Of a stretch of 27,608 nucleotides of DNA, positions 15,037 through 23,464 are shown piece by piece. Numbering within the stretch: position 1 is the stretch's first letter; each line of letters begins with the position of its first letter. The notes below the pieces were generated by a model, which saw nothing but the letters and a program-made list of their open reading frames with translations, searched no databases and was not told where the DNA came from. A program made the translations under genes and the position numbers. The stretch comes from an uncultured Planctomycetia bacterium (lineage in GTDB: Bacteria; Omnitrophota; Gorgyraeia; Duberdicusellales; 4484-171), in the NCBI GenBank assembly GCA_964400075.1, contig CAYNSZ010000001.1:1-27608 (forward strand), given 5' to 3'.

Positions 15037-16424
15037 ATCAATTCCCGTTCCGGCACAACCAGCCTGCTGAAGCCGGCAATAACCTCTTCCATTATCAGGT
15101 TAATGTCGCCGGCGCCCAGGGCAAGCACCAAATCCCCTTCCGCAAAAGTAGCCGGCAGCCTAACCTTGAGTTCGTGCGTCGGTATATACTCTATTGTACC
15201 AGAAAAATGCCTGCGTGACTCGCCAAAAAGACTCATCCCACTTACGCCGGCGATAGCTTGTTCACTTGCGCTGTAAACGTCAGTGATCACTACCCGGTCA
15301 GCCTCAGCGCAACAACGGGAGAATTCAGCCAGAAGCATCTTAAGCCGCGAATAGCGGTGCGGCTGAAGGATAACGCACAGCCGTTTCGGATTCAGGAGCC
15401 TGGCCGCGGCAATAACCGCTTTGATTTCCGTGGGGTGGTGCGCGTAATCGTCAACAAAAGTCACACCGCCCACGCAGGCTTTTATCTGAAAACGGCGCTT
15501 GGTACCTTTAAAGTCCAAAAGCGCCTGGATTGCCCGGGGTATATCCATATCCAGCGCCGCAAGAACAGCCAGAGCACCGAGCGCATTCATACAATTGTGC
15601 TCACCCAACAGCGGTACTCGTACGGCAAGAGCGGCCGCAGTACCCAGAAAAGCATCGAAACAGTTGTATACCCCGTCGAAGCGGAAATTCGCGGCCCGTA
15701 TCTGGTTATGCCCTCCCCAGCCGTAGCTTATGCCGTTGGTCTGCTTTAAAATATCAGCCACCACCGCGTGGTCTCCGCAGCCAAAGACTTTTGTCTGGGT
15801 TTTGCGGGCAAAAGCGAGAAAGCTTTCAATGAGCTTATCCATGCTCCGATAATGGTCGAGATGCTCATGGTCAATATTGGTAATGACCGAAATCCAGGGA
15901 TCAAGCCAGAGGAAGCTACCGTCGCTTTCGTCGGTCTCTACCACAAAGTACTCATTGCCCCACCAGGCCCCCCGCGAATAATTCAGGGGAAGCCCCCCCA
16001 CAAAGGCAGTCGGCACATAACCCAATGATGACATAAGATAACTGAGCAAGGAAGTAGTCGTGGTTTTACCGTGGCTGCCTGAGACGGCGATGGTGCGCTT
16101 CTGGGAAGAAAGTTGGGCAAGCAGCTCGCCCCGCTTAATGATACGGATACCCCTGGTTTGGGCCTCTTGGATTTCAGGATTATCCGCGGCCACCGCCGAT
16201 GAATACACAAGCAGATCAACATCAGGGCAAAGGTTTGCGCGGACGTGGCCCACATGCACGGTGAGGCCGTGCTGCCGCAGCAGTTTGAGGGTGGATGAGT
16301 CTTTCTCATCGGAACCGCAGACTGAAAGCCCGGCATCGGACAAAAGCAATGCCAGGCCGCTCATGCCCACGCCGCCGATACCCACGAGGTGAATTTTTTT
16401 CATTCCTGATATATGCGGCACCAT
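15033..16424 (-). CDS. murC: UDP-N-acetylmuramate--L-alanine ligase
   Basis: IHLVGIGGVGMSGLA, VYSSAV..DNPE, AVSGSHGKTTTT, ETDESDGSFL, TNIDHEHLD, GTKRRFQ, DDYAHHPTEI, QPHRYSR, LGAGDI. Confidence 0.97.
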   Translation of the reverse strand: MVPHISGMKKIHLVGIGGVGMSGLALLLSDAGLSVCGSDEKDSSTLKLLRQHGLTVHVGHVRANLCPDVDLLVYSSAVAADNPEIQEAQTRGIRIIKRGELLAQLSSQKRTIAVSGSHGKTTTTSLLSYLMSSLGYVPTAFVGGLPLNYSRGAWWGNEYFVVETDESDGSFLWLDPWISVITNIDHEHLDHYRSMDKLIESFLAFARKTQTKVFGCGDHAVVADILKQTNGISYGWGGHNQIRAANFRFDGVYNCFDAFLGTAAALAVRVPLLGEHNCMNALGALAVLAALDMDIPRAIQALLDFKGTKRRFQIKACVGGVTFVDDYAHHPTEIKAVIAAARLLNPKRLCVILQPHRYSRLKMLLAEFSRCCAEADRVVITDVYSASEQAIAGVSGMSLFGESRRHFSGTIEYIPTHELKVRLPATFAEGDLVLALGAGDINLIMEEVIAGFSRLVVPERELI

Positions 16425-16448
16425 AACAAATCCCCGCTCCCTAGAATT

Positions 16449-17267
16449 TCATTGGTCCTGGCAAAAACGTTCCCATTTTTTCCCTAATTCGCCAAATTCG
16501 CGAAAATCAAAATACACCTTGGCCAGAGAATCCTCAAGGCTCATCCCCTGCCGTAGATACGACAGAAAGCGCGAAAAATTATAGCGGTCGTATTCAGTGA
16601 TAATAAAGTAGACTAAGGAAAACGCTTCAAGGTAAAACATGTTCACGTATTCTTTTGATTTTGTCTCCAGTTGGGCTACGGTAAGCGCGGTCAATTCGGA
16701 AAAATCAATGCCTTCACCGCCGGCAAGTTTCCGTGAGAGACGCGCAAGATTCTGGCGGTAGTGTCCGCCGGCATATTTATCCTCCATGTAGGTCGCCATG
16801 CCTTCGTCCAGCCAAAGACTGAAGGATTCCCTACCCGCGTATTCCCGGGAAATAATATGAGTAAGTTCATGCGCCAGAATCATCTCAAAGTTCATCTGTC
16901 CCGGGTAGGTATAGATGATTTTCTCATGATAATTAACGCAGGCATCCGACCAGGCCGAACAGTTAAAGTGCCGTTCATAATTCTGTTTATCGCTGGCAAT
17001 ATAAATCGTCGCCCGCTTATCCCAAATCCAGAGCTGGTCACGGATAAGGTTAAACTCCTGGGTGATGACACGGTAGTATTTCTCGGCCGCGGCTTTGATG
17101 GTGGCAACATCGGAGGGGCGTACCTGCTTCTGGTAATAAATGATGAAATGCTCGGCGCGCTCTTCTTTGAAGCTGTCAGCCTGATCCGGGGTAAAACTTT
17201 CACCATAACCAGCACACAACACAAACGAGAGGTCAAATACGGTGAAAAGTACGGCAGAAATCCTCAA
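16449..17267 (-). CDS. Secreted HExxH zinc metallopeptidase (peptidase MA/gluzincin-like)
   Basis: ILAHELTHII followed by WLDEGMATYME. AAGGAGG (17282-17276) lies 8 nt before a TTG at 17267, giving a signal-peptide-like N-terminus MRISAVLFTVFDLSFVLCAGYG (track starts at 17333). Confidence 0.75.
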   Translation of the reverse strand: MRISAVLFTVFDLSFVLCAGYGESFTPDQADSFKEERAEHFIIYYQKQVRPSDVATIKAAAEKYYRVITQEFNLIRDQLWIWDKRATIYIASDKQNYERHFNCSAWSDACVNYHEKIIYTYPGQMNFEMILAHELTHIISREYAGRESFSLWLDEGMATYMEDKYAGGHYRQNLARLSRKLAGGEGIDFSELTALTVAQLETKSKEYVNMFYLEAFSLVYFIITEYDRYNFSRFLSYLRQGMSLEDSLAKVYFDFREFGELGKKWERFCQDQ

Positions 17268-18303
17268 AAGGAATGCCTCCTTTAATCTGCTCCATACTCC
17301 CACGCATAGCGTTGAGCTTTGAAGGATCAGCAATAAGCCCGTCTAAAGTCTTGGAGAAATCTTCGAAGCGAAATGCTCTCTGCTCAAAGAGCAGCGCCGC
17401 CCCCTGTGCTTTGAAATACAAGGCATTATCCCTCTGATGGCCTCCGGCCGCGGGATGTGGAACAATAACCGCCGGCAAACCGAAAAAAGATAGCTCCGCC
17501 AAGGTATTGGCGCCTGCCCGGCAGATGGCAAGATGAGCGGCACTATACACAAACTGCATGTCGTAATAGAAATCCCTGACAAATGCCTTTATGCCTATTG
17601 TAGTATAAAATTGTTGAATTTGGAAGTATTCTAAAGGACCGGTGAGATGAATGACCTCAAACGGCACGCGAAGCGGGAGACCGTCTTGCTTGGCCTGCCG
17701 GATGAACTCAAGAAAAATTTTATTGATGAATGCCGAACCCTGGCTTCCTCCGAAACAGAGGATCACCGGAGCTTGGCCGAGCCCGAGCCGTTGGCAGGCT
17801 TGCGAGGCATCCACCCGCACTATATTTTTTCTCAAGGGTATGCCGATCGAGCGTTCTTTGGAGCTCCCGGGGATATCGCCTAATCCCCGCCAGGTCTGCC
17901 TGACAAAACGGGAGAGAACCCGATTGGCCTTGCCGAACGAAATGTTCGGCTCATAAATAACCGTTTCAATGCGAAACAGGCAGCTCAACAGCACGATGAA
18001 AAAGCTGTCTCTGCCGCCAAAGCCGATGACCTTGCCTGGCTTAAGCTTAATGATGAGATAGAGCGCTTCAAAGAACCGCCATACCCCCTCGAGCAGAATA
18101 TTGCGAAACAAAAACGGCCTGCCGACAATGCGTATGGTTTTATCCTCAAGATATTTATTAAAATCCGGAGCAGTGATAAAGAGATACCTTGCGGGGGCCT
18201 CGGGCTCTTCTTTCCGAGGGATGTTCCCGGCCAAGGCGCTGGCAATGGAAAGCGCCGGGAACACATGCCCGGCGCTTCGTTCACAGGCAAGCAAGATGTT
18301 CAT
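17233..18303 (-). CDS. murG: Undecaprenyl-PP-MurNAc-pentapeptide N-acetylglucosaminyltransferase
   Basis: GHVFPAL, VIGFGG, EPN...GKANRVL, GIPLR, FGGSQGS..IN, HLTG, CRAGANTLAEL..GLPAVIVP, HQRDNA; follows ftsW. Confidence 0.93.
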   Translation of the reverse strand: MNILLACERSAGHVFPALSIASALAGNIPRKEEPEAPARYLFITAPDFNKYLEDKTIRIVGRPFLFRNILLEGVWRFFEALYLIIKLKPGKVIGFGGRDSFFIVLLSCLFRIETVIYEPNISFGKANRVLSRFVRQTWRGLGDIPGSSKERSIGIPLRKNIVRVDASQACQRLGLGQAPVILCFGGSQGSAFINKIFLEFIRQAKQDGLPLRVPFEVIHLTGPLEYFQIQQFYTTIGIKAFVRDFYYDMQFVYSAAHLAICRAGANTLAELSFFGLPAVIVPHPAAGGHQRDNALYFKAQGAALLFEQRAFRFEDFSKTLDGLIADPSKLNAMRGSMEQIKGGIPFEDFCRTFHRI

Positions 18304-18324
18304 GGGCTTAACCTACTTCGCAAT

Positions 18325-18463
18325 TACGGTATCGTCTATCGGCTACGGTAACGAAGCCCGTTTCGGTAACGTTTAACGGTCACGTCCGATAAAATAATTT
18401 CGATCAAGCCGATAGCCGTAACCGAAAACCGATACGGGCATCGTAACCTTAACCGTTACCGAA
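18325..18463. repeat. Long imperfect inverted repeat of CGGT(A/C)ACG-type units between ftsW and murG
   Basis: Left units CGGTATCG, CGGCTACG, CGGTAACG x2, CGGTCACG; right units CGTAACCG, CGTAACC, CGTTACCG. 18362-18376 TTCGGTAACGTTTAA matches the reverse complement of 18449-18463 at 14/15. Same unit family as 5495-5530. Confidence 0.85.
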
Positions 18464-18475
18464 ATACTGAATGCA

Positions 18476-18497
18476 CGGCAGACAGACCTGCCTACCG
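18476..18497 (-). repeat. GGCAGG/CCTGCC-type hairpin overlapping the ftsW stop codon
   Basis: Minus-strand RNA CGGUAGGCA-GGUC-UGUCUGCCG: 9-bp stem with two G.U pairs and no U-tract. Confidence 0.55.
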
Positions 18498-19646
18498 ACG
18501 TTGGACCTTGGACTCCGGGGTAAGGCGCGGCTCATTCAATTGTTCTTCGGCTTTTGAAGCGTTAAAAAAAAGGCCCAGCAGCATATAGTGGACCAGAAGG
18601 CTGCTGCCGCCGTAACTTAAAAACGGCAACGGCAGCCCTTTCGTGGGGAATAAACCGCAGCTTACTCCGATATTAATGAGCACTTCCAAGAAAAAAATAA
18701 GGAGAATACCCCACAAAATTCCCGCCCTGAATTCATCTAACGCGCGCCGGGCGATGGAAAACATCTTATGGAATAAAATAAAAAAGAGCCCCAAAAGCCC
18801 CAGAGAACCCCAGAGCCCGAATTCTTCGGCGATAATCGAATAGAGAAAATCAGTATGTGCCGCGGGAAGAAAAAACAGTTTCTGGCGGCTTTCACCGAAA
18901 CCTTCCCCCCACGCGCCGCCGGCACCATAGGCGATCTGCGACTGTATCAGCTGATACCCCGCGCCCCGGGGGTCAGCAAAAGGATCAAGATATGAAGTGA
19001 TGCGCCGCATGCGATAGGGGTATACGTGAACCAAGATAAGCGCTGCTGCCCCGCAGCAGAGGACAACCGCCGTTAAATGCCGGAAGCGTCCCTGGAATAA
19101 GTAGAGAAAAATTATTGTCCATATGACCCAAAAAACAGCGGTCCCTAAATCCGGCTGGATAACCACCAGCACGCAGACGATCCCCAGCACCAGCCCCAAG
19201 GGGATAAGACCGCTGCCGATATCCTTCAGCCGTGTTTTTTTCCTGCGGCAGTAATCGGCGCAATACAGCAGGAATGAGATCTTTAACAGCTCCGAAGGCT
19301 GGATGCTTACCCCGGCTATCGAGAACCAGCGCCGGGCTCCGCCGGCGCGTTTACCGATAATCACCACCAGCAACAAAAAAAGCAGGGTCAAAAGCAGGAT
19401 CGCCTTGTTGTGGCGCTTGAGGAAATCAAGATCGACGAGCAGGATGAGAGCAAACAAGAGGAGGCCAATGCCAAAAAAAACCAGCTGACGTTTGAAAAAA
19501 TAAGCCGCGTCAGAAACAGTCTGGTAGGCGTACATGCTTGATGCCTCATAGACCATCAATAGTCCGAATAAAGTCAGGCCGATAAAGGCGACCAGGAGCA
19601 TATGCCTGTCTTTACGAAATGTTACCTTGTTGGTTTTAGTATCCAT
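18492..19646 (-). CDS. ftsW: SEDS peptidoglycan polymerase FtsW
   Basis: GLLMVYEAS, GGARRWF, QPSELLK, QPDLGTA, RITSYLDP...GYQLIQS, FLPAAHTDF, IIAEEFG, PTKGLPLPFLSYGGSS; located between murD and murG. Confidence 0.95.
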   Translation of the reverse strand: MDTKTNKVTFRKDRHMLLVAFIGLTLFGLLMVYEASSMYAYQTVSDAAYFFKRQLVFFGIGLLLFALILLVDLDFLKRHNKAILLLTLLFLLLVVIIGKRAGGARRWFSIAGVSIQPSELLKISFLLYCADYCRRKKTRLKDIGSGLIPLGLVLGIVCVLVVIQPDLGTAVFWVIWTIIFLYLFQGRFRHLTAVVLCCGAAALILVHVYPYRMRRITSYLDPFADPRGAGYQLIQSQIAYGAGGAWGEGFGESRQKLFFLPAAHTDFLYSIIAEEFGLWGSLGLLGLFFILFHKMFSIARRALDEFRAGILWGILLIFFLEVLINIGVSCGLFPTKGLPLPFLSYGGSSLLVHYMLLGLFFNASKAEEQLNEPRLTPESKVQRR

Positions 19647-19670
19647 ATACCGGCTTTAGCCAAAAGCATG

Positions 19671-20963
19671 CTACAGGCTGTTGACGATGTTCGTAAACAC
19701 CGCCCCCCGTTCTTCGTAATTAGAAAACATGTCGAAACTGGCGCACATCGGAGAAAGTAGGACTGTGTCTCCGGATTCAGCCTCCCGGTACGATGCCTTG
19801 ACCGCTTCCTCAAAGGTCGCGAAAAACTCCGATGGGATCCGACCGGCGAAGGCGTCCCTGATTTTCGAGGATGCCTCTCCGATCAAATTCACCTTCTTCA
19901 CCCTTCGTAAGAAAGGGACAACTTGAGAAAAATTCAAACCCTTATCCCTGCCTCCGGCAAGCAAAATCACCGGCGTGGTCGCGTTTTTCAGGGCCCATAT
20001 GGTTGATGAAGGATTGGTGGCTTTGGAATCATTGATGAAGGTTACGCCGTTTAAATTTCTTACCAGCTGGAGCCGGTGCGGCAGGCCTTTGAACTCAGAA
20101 AAAATACGCATGCAGTCTGCCTTGGCCATCCGGAACACCGAAGCAATCCGGTAAACGCAGGAAAGGTTCTCATTGGCAAACTCGTCAGAAAAATAGAGAC
20201 GCTGCGAACGGATGGGGCTTTCGATGGTGGGCCGAAAATCAATATTCCGGTTAATGATTGCCCAGTCACTTTCAGTCTGGTTTCTGAAAATATTCATTTT
20301 TGCCTGAAGATAATCCCCTAAATCAAGGTAACGGTCCATGTGGTCAGGCTCGATGTTCAAGAGACAAGCGACGTAGGGTGAGAACTCGACAATAGTCTCA
20401 AGCTGAAAAGAACTCAACTCAAGAACTACCAGATCATTTTTCCTGGTATCGAGAACGAATGATGAAAAGGGAGTGCCGATATTGCCTCCCAAGTGGACCC
20501 GTTTTCTTTTCTGGCTGAGCACCTGATGGGCAAGATAGGTCGTGGTGGTTTTTCCGTTGGTGCCGGTAATAGCGATGACCTTGGCCTGAGTGAGCCAGAA
20601 GGCGAACTCAACTTCGCCGACGCAGGTAACCCCTGTGCTTTGGACGCAGGTAGCCCCTGCGCTTTGGGCGCAGGGGTTACCTGAACTCTGAGCGGCCGCG
20701 ATAAAATTCAAACGGCGGTGGTTAACGCCGGGGCTTAAGACGAGAAGCTCAGCTTGTTTTATAAACCGCTCGCTATGGCCGCCGAACTCAAAAACAACTC
20801 CGGATTCCCGGTAACGGTTAATCTGTCCGGCGTCAAACTGACTGCTCTCTTTGGCTTCGGTCACCAATACCTTCTTCTTCAGCTTAAGCAGCAGCTCACA
20901 CAGGCTCACCCCGCTCCTGCCCCATCCGACGACCCCCACATTCTTGATCGCATCGATATTCAT
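19671..20963 (-). CDS. murD: UDP-N-acetylmuramoyl-L-alanine--D-glutamate ligase
   Basis: VVGWGRSG, VLSPGV, GEVEFA, ITGTNGKTTTT, GGNIG, LELSSFQLE, NIEPDHMDRY, GLPHRLQ, NDSKATN, GGRDKG, LLSPMCASFDMFSNYEERG. Confidence 0.96.
   Translation of the reverse strand: MNIDAIKNVGVVGWGRSGVSLCELLLKLKKKVLVTEAKESSQFDAGQINRYRESGVVFEFGGHSERFIKQAELLVLSPGVNHRRLNFIAAAQSSGNPCAQSAGATCVQSTGVTCVGEVEFAFWLTQAKVIAITGTNGKTTTTYLAHQVLSQKRKRVHLGGNIGTPFSSFVLDTRKNDLVVLELSSFQLETIVEFSPYVACLLNIEPDHMDRYLDLGDYLQAKMNIFRNQTESDWAIINRNIDFRPTIESPIRSQRLYFSDEFANENLSCVYRIASVFRMAKADCMRIFSEFKGLPHRLQLVRNLNGVTFINDSKATNPSSTIWALKNATTPVILLAGGRDKGLNFSQVVPFLRRVKKVNLIGEASSKIRDAFAGRIPSEFFATFEEAVKASYREAESGDTVLLSPMCASFDMFSNYEERGAVFTNIVNSL
20619..20690. 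repeat. In-frame 3 x 24-nt direct/inverted repeat inside murD
   Basis: GACGCAGGTAACCCCTGTGCTTTG (20619) and GACGCAGGTAGCCCCTGCGCTTTG (20643) match at 22/24. The third block contains CAGGGGTTACCTG (20671-20683), the exact reverse complement of CAGGTAACCCCTG in the first. Confidence 0.9.
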
Positions 20964-20994
20964 CGTATTAGCCTTTCGTGCGGCTGGTCTTGGG

Positions 20995-22077
20995 TCAGCG
21001 CAGCTTCAAGGTCAAGAGCGCCGCCACGGCACAGATAATAGAAACTACCCAGAGCCGGATAATGATTTTCGGCTCCTGCCACCCTAACAACTGAAGATGA
21101 TGGTGCAGGGGGGCCGCTTTAAAAATCCTCTTGCCCCGGAGCCTGACCGAAGCGATCTGCAGGATCACGCTCACCGCTTCGGCGACAAAAAGCCCTCCGC
21201 TGATAAACAGGAGAAACTCCTGTTTAATCGCCAGGGCAACCGCTCCGATCACCCCTCCCAGAGCCAGTGCTCCCACGTCACCCATAAAAACTTGCGCCGG
21301 ATAAGCATTGAACCATAGAAACGCAAGCGACGCCCCCACTGCCGCAAGACAGAATACGGTGAGCTCGCCGGCGCCTTCGATATACGGGATGAACAGATAG
21401 CCTGAGAAATTGACATTGCCGATGAGATAACTGAGCAGGCCAAAACGTAAAAAGTTGATCATGAGGGCTCCGATTGCCAGGCCGTCAAGGCCGTCGGTAA
21501 AATTCACGGCGTTGGATGAAGCGATGATCATGAACGCGAACCAAAAAACGTAGAAACAGCCCAGGTCGACCATGATCTTTTTAAAGAAAGGGAATGTCCA
21601 GGTGGTATGAGAATACTTAATGAGTATAAGGCTAATCCCCAGAACCAAGCCTATGATTACCTGCCAGGCTAATTTTTCCATGCGGCCTAAGCCTTTGCCT
21701 TTCCTGGTCTTGGCAAGGTCATCGCACAAGCCAAGGGCTCCCAGGAAAAGCATTACCAATATCATCAGCCAGATGAAAGGATTATCCCAGCGGGCCCACA
21801 GAAGCGTTGCCGAAAGTATGGCAAAGATGATAAGCAGGCCCCCCATGGTCGGAGTGCCGCGCTTTGTATTGTGCAACGATTCAAGGTGGACATGCCCGTA
21901 CATATCTATTTTTTCGATGATTTTCAAACGCTTCAGCCGCTGCATGGTAAACTTCCAGAAAGCCATGACCAAAATGAAAGAGGTCACAAAGGCACATCCG
22001 GCCCGGAAGGTAATATAGCGGGTGACATTGAACACAAAAAAATACTTGATGAGCGGATAGAGTAAATGATAAATCAT
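20995..22077 (-). CDS. mraY: Phospho-N-acetylmuramoyl-pentapeptide transferase
   Basis: KRGTPTMGGL, LGLCDD, SNAVNFTDGLDGLA, FLWFNAYPAQVFMGDVGALALGG, EAVSVILQ, APLHHHLQ. Confidence 0.97.
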   Translation of the reverse strand: MIYHLLYPLIKYFFVFNVTRYITFRAGCAFVTSFILVMAFWKFTMQRLKRLKIIEKIDMYGHVHLESLHNTKRGTPTMGGLLIIFAILSATLLWARWDNPFIWLMILVMLFLGALGLCDDLAKTRKGKGLGRMEKLAWQVIIGLVLGISLILIKYSHTTWTFPFFKKIMVDLGCFYVFWFAFMIIASSNAVNFTDGLDGLAIGALMINFLRFGLLSYLIGNVNFSGYLFIPYIEGAGELTVFCLAAVGASLAFLWFNAYPAQVFMGDVGALALGGVIGAVALAIKQEFLLFISGGLFVAEAVSVILQIASVRLRGKRIFKAAPLHHHLQLLGWQEPKIIIRLWVVSIICAVAALLTLKLR

Positions 22078-22087
22078 GATTTAAGTC

Positions 22088-23464
22088 CTATAAATACTCG
22101 AGCACTTTTTCCAATCCCATCTTCCGGGAGCCTTTTAAGAAAACTAAGCACGCATCGGCGCGATTGCCCCTTTGCCGGCTGCGAAGTTTGATGAAGCGGG
22201 CGATGGCGCGGTAGGAAGACAGATGAAAGGCCTGCCGAAAACCGAGGCTCCGCAACTGCTCCTGCAAATAGGCGCTGTCCCGGCCAAAGGTAAGACAGCA
22301 GTCAAAGCGGTTCTTGATGAGCTCCGGGGCAAGCATCTTATGATACAAAGCGCTTTTAGGGCCCAATTCAAGCATGTCTGCCAGTACCGCGATCTTTCTA
22401 CCCGGGTATGTCCGCAAAGCCCGGAGGGCTTGAACGCAGGCATAGGGATTGGCATTATAAGCGTCATTGACCACGAGCAGGCCCTTGCGCCGCTGCATCT
22501 CCATGCGCATCGAAAGATAATTATCGAATCGGCTCATCCGCTCAGCTGACTCTTCTATTGAAAAGCCCAGAAGATGTGCGGTAAGAATCGCGGCTAAGGC
22601 GTTGCTGATAAAATACTCGCGATACGTCGGCAGGCTAAGCAGGTGCTTGCCCTGGAGGCGAAAGAAGGTCAAGCCGTCCTGCCGTTTCAAAACAGACGCC
22701 CAGAGGTCGCAGGTTTTTGACTTGCCGTACCAGTAAATTTTCCGGGCCAGCCTTGTCCGGCAAAGATAAGGGTCATCGCGATTCAGCACTGCCTTCATCC
22801 GGGGATGTGCCGCGAACAGAGAAATCTTCTCTTGGTATATTTCTCTGAGACTTTTTAAACCTTCGAGGTGCACGGGTTTAATATAGGTAATAATGCCAAG
22901 GTCTGGTTGGCAGACATCCGCTAATGACTGTATCTCGCCGGGGTGATTAGCGCCTAATTCCACTACCATGCTTTTCTGGTCCTTAACCGCAAGTATGGTC
23001 TTGGCCAGACCGAGAAAATTATTCTCAGTGCCCTGATTGCTCGCGGGCGCCTGGCGCGCGTTCAGCAAAAAAACGAGCATTTCTTTAGTCGTGGTCTTGC
23101 CCACTGAACCGGTGATCCCAACCACAAAGAGCTTCTTCGACCTGCGGATAAAATGGCACAGTTCACCCAGGGCCCGGTAGGTATCATCCACCAGATAATA
23201 CGGCAGGCGCGCTATCGCGGCGGCCCCGCCTTGGTTCGCGTTTGGCGAGCGCTGCGAAATAATAAGCGAAGCTCCCTTGGCTACCGCCTCCACGATATAG
23301 TCATGGCCGTCGTGAAATTTTCCTTTGATGGCGATAAACCCCTGGCCAGGAGTAAGGCTGCGGGAATCGATAGAGAAACTTGAAACCGGCCTAAAGTGAT
23401 ACAGGCCGCGCATCTGGTAAGGCTTGACGATCCGCGCAAGAAGGGTATGGTCAGTTATTTCCAT
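22088..23464 (-). CDS. murF: UDP-N-acetylmuramoyl-tripeptide--D-alanyl-D-alanine ligase
   Basis: SIDSR, FIAIKGKFHDGHDY, GITGSVGKTTTKE, ELGANHPGEI, VHLEGL, NDAYNANP, LADMLELG, FLKGSRKMGLE. Confidence 0.96.
   Translation of the reverse strand: MEITDHTLLARIVKPYQMRGLYHFRPVSSFSIDSRSLTPGQGFIAIKGKFHDGHDYIVEAVAKGASLIISQRSPNANQGGAAAIARLPYYLVDDTYRALGELCHFIRRSKKLFVVGITGSVGKTTTKEMLVFLLNARQAPASNQGTENNFLGLAKTILAVKDQKSMVVELGANHPGEIQSLADVCQPDLGIITYIKPVHLEGLKSLREIYQEKISLFAAHPRMKAVLNRDDPYLCRTRLARKIYWYGKSKTCDLWASVLKRQDGLTFFRLQGKHLLSLPTYREYFISNALAAILTAHLLGFSIEESAERMSRFDNYLSMRMEMQRRKGLLVVNDAYNANPYACVQALRALRTYPGRKIAVLADMLELGPKSALYHKMLAPELIKNRFDCCLTFGRDSAYLQEQLRSLGFRQAFHLSSYRAIARFIKLRSRQRGNRADACLVFLKGSRKMGLEKVLEYL

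Noticed and set aside
23195-23260. GC-rich possible hairpin insertions in murF (NANQGGAAAIAR), murE (~23575-23610, YGGRRQGEDRS) and murG (~17660-17685, QDGLPLRVP)
   Set aside because: The loops look slightly long, but the stems are only 3-6 bp and could arise by chance in GC-rich coding DNA; orthologue alignments are needed.
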